Origin: Amoeboradix gromovi X-113
Lineage: Eukaryota > Fungi > Sanchytriomycota
Direction: 5' to 3'
Length of the DNA: 6,849 nucleotides
Assembly (NCBI GenBank): GCA_018985225.1
Contig: JADGIF010000545.1
Coordinates: forward strand, 1-6,849
The position numbers and the translations under genes were made by a program. Numbering within the stretch: position 1 is the first letter of the stretch; the number at the start of each line of letters is the position of its first letter. Positions 6,354 to 6,849 of the stretch are shown here, piece by piece. The notes under the pieces are model-generated. The model was not told where the DNA came from and made no database searches. It was given only the letters and a program-made list of their open reading frames with translations.

Positions 6354-6849
6354 AATATGAAGTTGAGTATCCAAATTAAATTTTATAGTCTTTTACTACC
6401 TGATAACATTCCATTGCTAGAAGGTTTCAAAAATAGGAAATGGTGGTTAAATTACATCCTGACCAATCTCTGTAGTTAAATAATTTAGGAATACTTGGCA
6501 ACTCCTCGCTAAAAGTCCTGATTTCCGAGAAAATCTAGAATTTCCACAGAGAAACTAGCAATGCCAGTAAATCCGTTAAAGTGGGTGCTCACGCTTTCAC
6601 TACCCTGGGGCGGGATTAAATAAGGATATAAATACTTGTTTGCATTCCTTGCTGCTTTATAATCTCTATTTTTGCTCATGTGGTAAGACCAATGACATAT
6701 GAATTATTAAATAAATGGTTTACGAGTTTATTAATCGTTGATCTCCTTTGAGGATGGGTTGAAATAAATCTAATTGTTCCATGTTTGGGCCAGCTCCTTA
6801 ACGTTGATGTATGCTGTAACAATTAGTTCTTTCTTTAGATTTGACATGT

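Noticed and set aside
6440-6592. Candidate right ends for the 3707 TIR (CTC-TGTA at 6468-6474; AGTGGGTG at 6580-6587)
   Set aside because: The first has the 4-mer but no TIR similarity; the second has an 8-bp core match but the wrong terminus and no TSD.
6360-6849. Minus-strand coding-like fragments near the window end
   Set aside because: Short frames with many stops and no identifiable family; cannot be supported as a feature.

Overview
AT-rich eukaryotic DNA (standard genetic code, very short intergenic spaces, one apparent 20-nt spliceosomal intron); the organism cannot be named from this window. Two host-type genes look intact, both on the minus strand: an ESCRT-III Vps2/CHMP2A gene (966-1579, two exons) and an FCP1/SCP-family DxDxT phosphatase (2337-3281) with a short hydrophobic N-terminus. 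Much of the rest is decayed DNA-transposon material. The main observation, absent from the ORF track, is a 685-bp element (129-813) with 25-bp terminal inverted repeats (GGG...CCC, 23/25 identical) and a 4-bp ATCT target-site duplication. It carries a frameshifted C-terminal remnant resembling a TnpB/Fanzor RNA-guided nuclease (TSKKCSVC...RLRKCTxC...ERDVGSSSFI). The remnant reads toward the left end, where a foldable stem-loop ends at the element boundary, the position expected for an omegaRNA. A related TIR at 3707 precedes 58-59-bp repeats carrying a TIR sub-motif, a start-less 107-codon minus-strand frame, and an internally deleted Sola-like (DUF7869-type) transposase pseudogene (4647-5894). 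All family assignments are motif recognition by eye and need HMM, structure or RNA confirmation.
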